Program-made: the position numbers and the translations under genes
Notes under the pieces: generated by a model
Seen by the model: the letters and a program-made list of their open reading frames with translations, nothing else
Databases searched by the model: none
What the model was told of the DNA's origin: nothing
Sequence record: OZ234891.1
Direction: 5' to 3' (one strand)
DNA length: 32,000 bases
In this document: positions 29,693 to 32,000 of the stretch, in pieces
How the letters are laid out: every line of letters begins with the position of its first letter
Position numbering within the stretch: the stretch's first letter is position 1

Positions 29693-32000
29693 ATGACAAT
29701 TACTATATTTATTTTAAATCCTACTAAGGTTAGCTTTTTAGGTATTAGGCCTAGATATTTTTCTAAGTCTAGTTTGAGGTTTTTACAACAGCCTGAGTGC
29801 ATACGAAGTTTCAGTAACATGAGTGACATTGTGGTACGCAAAGATGTAAATAATTTGGCTATTCGGAATTTTAAATCCGGGTTGGGGTATGTACTGGGTG
29901 GCCAGAGTATATGTAACGTACAGTGCGGAGCAGTACAAAACTTTTGTTATAGAAATTTTACTATAAATCAGTCAAGGGCGTATGGCACTGCTAAATCTCA
30001 ATCAAAATTAACATCCTTTAATAAAAGATTAATTAATTTAAATTCTATTTATAATTCTTCTAGTCCTATCTTTAAACAATTATTAGTTACTTTAACAAAT
30101 AGTCCTTTTAATGAAACAACTCAACTAAAAATAGAAAAATTCTTGCAAAATCAAGCTTTAGAATTAAATGAATCAAACTTAGTTTCAGGTAAGTCAGAGT
30201 TAGGTTATGCTAAGACTAGTAATGAAATTATATTACTATTTTTAAAGTCAAAAGAATCTCTAGAAAAATTAATTTTAAACTATAAAACAAATTTAATATT
30301 AGAGGATGCAGAATTGTCTGATTTATTAACACGAATCATCTATAATTTAGATATTAATTTTATAATAAATATTTTATATGGTAGAGTTCTTGTTATTATA
30401 TCTAACAGAGAACAGATAAGTAATAAGAATATTATGATAGATGTTGCAATAAGTTTAGGTAAAGAAATAATAAAAAAATATTTATTTGATTTATATAATA
30501 CACAGACAAAAGCCATTGAGTGAAATAAAAATAGTAATAATACTAAAATTACACTATTAATGTGGAAAAATAATAATAAATCCTTAATTGAATTAACTGA
30601 GGATCCTTAATTTATATTTAAATTAGGTAATGTTTTAATTAACTGAATGGTAAATTTAAAACTGGTAAAAACTTTAATTAAAGTTTTAGGTAAAACTGAT
30701 AAAATAAATATTTTAGTTCCTGGTGATAGCTTAGAAAAAATTCTTTCTAGTGCCAAGGTTATACGGCAGAGTGATTTAAGTTCGGTTATTTTTAGTTTGC
30801 CGCATAGACTACCTATGATTGTAAAACCTAAATTATATAAGTTCAGTTCCCCGCGGGTAAGCAGTAGTATTATTGCTACTGTTGAGACGAATAAGTTGAA
30901 GAATACGGGGTTTAACACTGAGTCCGGTGACGATTCTCAATTAGTTGACCAGACGTTGATTGTGCTAACGGAAGCGAATCAGAGTGTACAGTGCGGAGCA
31001 GTAGCGCAATCAAAGGTATCTTTTTCCTATGCTAAACAAGCACAAGAACAAGAACAAGCACAAGCACAGTCAGTTTGGGACAAAGCTGAATATGCTGAAG
31101 ATGATCAACTTGGAGGTTATCTATTAAATGGTATCGAATACACTGATAAGATTATTTTACCGAACTGAGAAATAAAGTTTAATAGTCAATTATTAGTTAA
31201 GAATGATATTTGTAATATGGTTAATTTTATTAACTCAGTCCCCTTTAAAATAAATGAAAATGTTTTAGATTTTATTTTAGAAAACAATAATAAATATAAC
31301 TTTTTTACTGATTCTAATTATAGTCATCCTTTAGCTTCTTTAAAAAGTAAATTAACTAAGACTCAAGCTAAAGAGTTAGAAGCTTTTTATAGTAAAAAAT
31401 TTTTAGAACAAAACATATTAGGTTTAGCTACATTATTTAGAGTAGTTCCTTCTTTTTACTTGCCTGTACGATTAGATTATAGAGGAAGAATTTATTGTAT
31501 GAGTGAATATTTAAATTATCAAGGAATTGAATTAGCAAAATCTTTACTGTTATTTAGTATAGAAGAAAAAGTTTATTTAAATGATGAGATTGCTATTAAT
31601 TATTTAAAAATATATGGAGCTAATTGTTTTGGGAATAAAGTAGAAAAAAAATCTTTTAATGATAGAGTAGCTTGAGTCAATGATAACTTAGATGATATTA
31701 TAAATTTTAAGAATGGAGTATTACTAACTAAAGCTGAAAATAAATTACTTTTTCTAAGTTTCTGTTTCGAATTTAATAAATATATTCAAGCTTTAAATCG
31801 CAAAGAAAACTTCTTTATTACTCATTTACCTATTCAATTAGATGCTAGTGTTAACGGTTTTCAACATTTAACTTTATTGATAGGTGAGATAGCTTTAGCT
31901 AAAGAATTAAATTTGGATAAATCTACTTGGACTGATATACCTAAAGATTTTTATACTTTTGTAGGATTTAAAGTAAAAGAAATTTTAATTAGTATATTAA
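29693..32000 (+). pseudogene. rpo: linear-plasmid-type (T7-like single-subunit) RNA polymerase, 5' part; one in-frame TAA; continues past the window end
   Basis: One frame (open from 29621, first ATG 29693) joins four track ORFs through TGA codons. Motifs are FYLPVRLDYRGRIY (31469-31495) and palm motif A THLPIQLDASVNGFQHL (31838-31867). In-frame TAA at 30608-30610. Confidence 0.8.

Noticed and set aside
12339-30610. Genome-wide reassignment of TAA to Tyr
   Set aside because: cob, atp6, two rns-intron ORFs and ORF 7224 all end at TAA where the homologous or expected protein ends. The in-frame TAA are confined to plasmid-derived genes, so local decay or readthrough is more plausible than a code change.
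29614-30918. Minus-strand ORFs 29614-29841 and 30607-30918
   Set aside because: Both are antisense to the rpo frame, which carries recognisable polymerase motifs further downstream.
1-32000. Reading the window with the standard or bacterial genetic code
   Set aside because: TGA falls repeatedly inside conserved blocks of atp6, dpo, rpo and the LAGLIDADG ORFs, and the flanking pieces stay in the same frame. The table 4 (mitochondrial) reading is the coherent one.

Overview
The window is strongly AT-rich DNA with small GC-rich islands. The long conserved reading frames (atp6, cob, polymerases, LAGLIDADG ORFs) are continuous only if TGA is read as Trp (translation table 4), so I read it as a fungal-type mitochondrial genome segment. 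All supported genes are on the + strand. In order: (1) the 3' end of cob, with part of one intron holding a broken LAGLIDADG ORF, a ~47-nt mini-exon, a second intron with a 550-codon LAGLIDADG ORF, and the terminal exon. (2) trnT. (3) atp6 with a long N-terminal extension. (4) A 422-codon ORF homologous to the C-terminal part of the dpo frame. (5) A 344-codon unknown membrane ORF. (6) A linear-plasmid-type family-B DNA polymerase frame (dpo) broken only by three in-frame TAA codons. (7) A 212-codon unknown ORF. (8) rns split by three introns, each with a double-motif LAGLIDADG ORF; the middle one is a clear group II intron with a textbook domain V. (9) A tRNA cluster (M, V, A, R, N). (10) The 5' part of a plasmid-type single-subunit RNA polymerase frame (rpo) with one in-frame TAA, running off the window. 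Spacers carry many short GC-rich tandem arrays with 8-12 nt periods (mostly 10), CGTACG-centred palindromes and dispersed GC clusters. Some of these sit in frame inside ORFs and inside rns. The most interesting signals are: an identical 18-nt motif exactly 40 nt upstream of two plasmid-block ORFs; the CTCCTGNCGG array family in both orientations; one GC element inserted in frame in two unrelated homing-endonuclease ORFs; and plasmid-derived frames interrupted only by TAA. Intron and exon borders are given to within a few nt. No database search was possible, so all homology calls rest on motifs I recognise.
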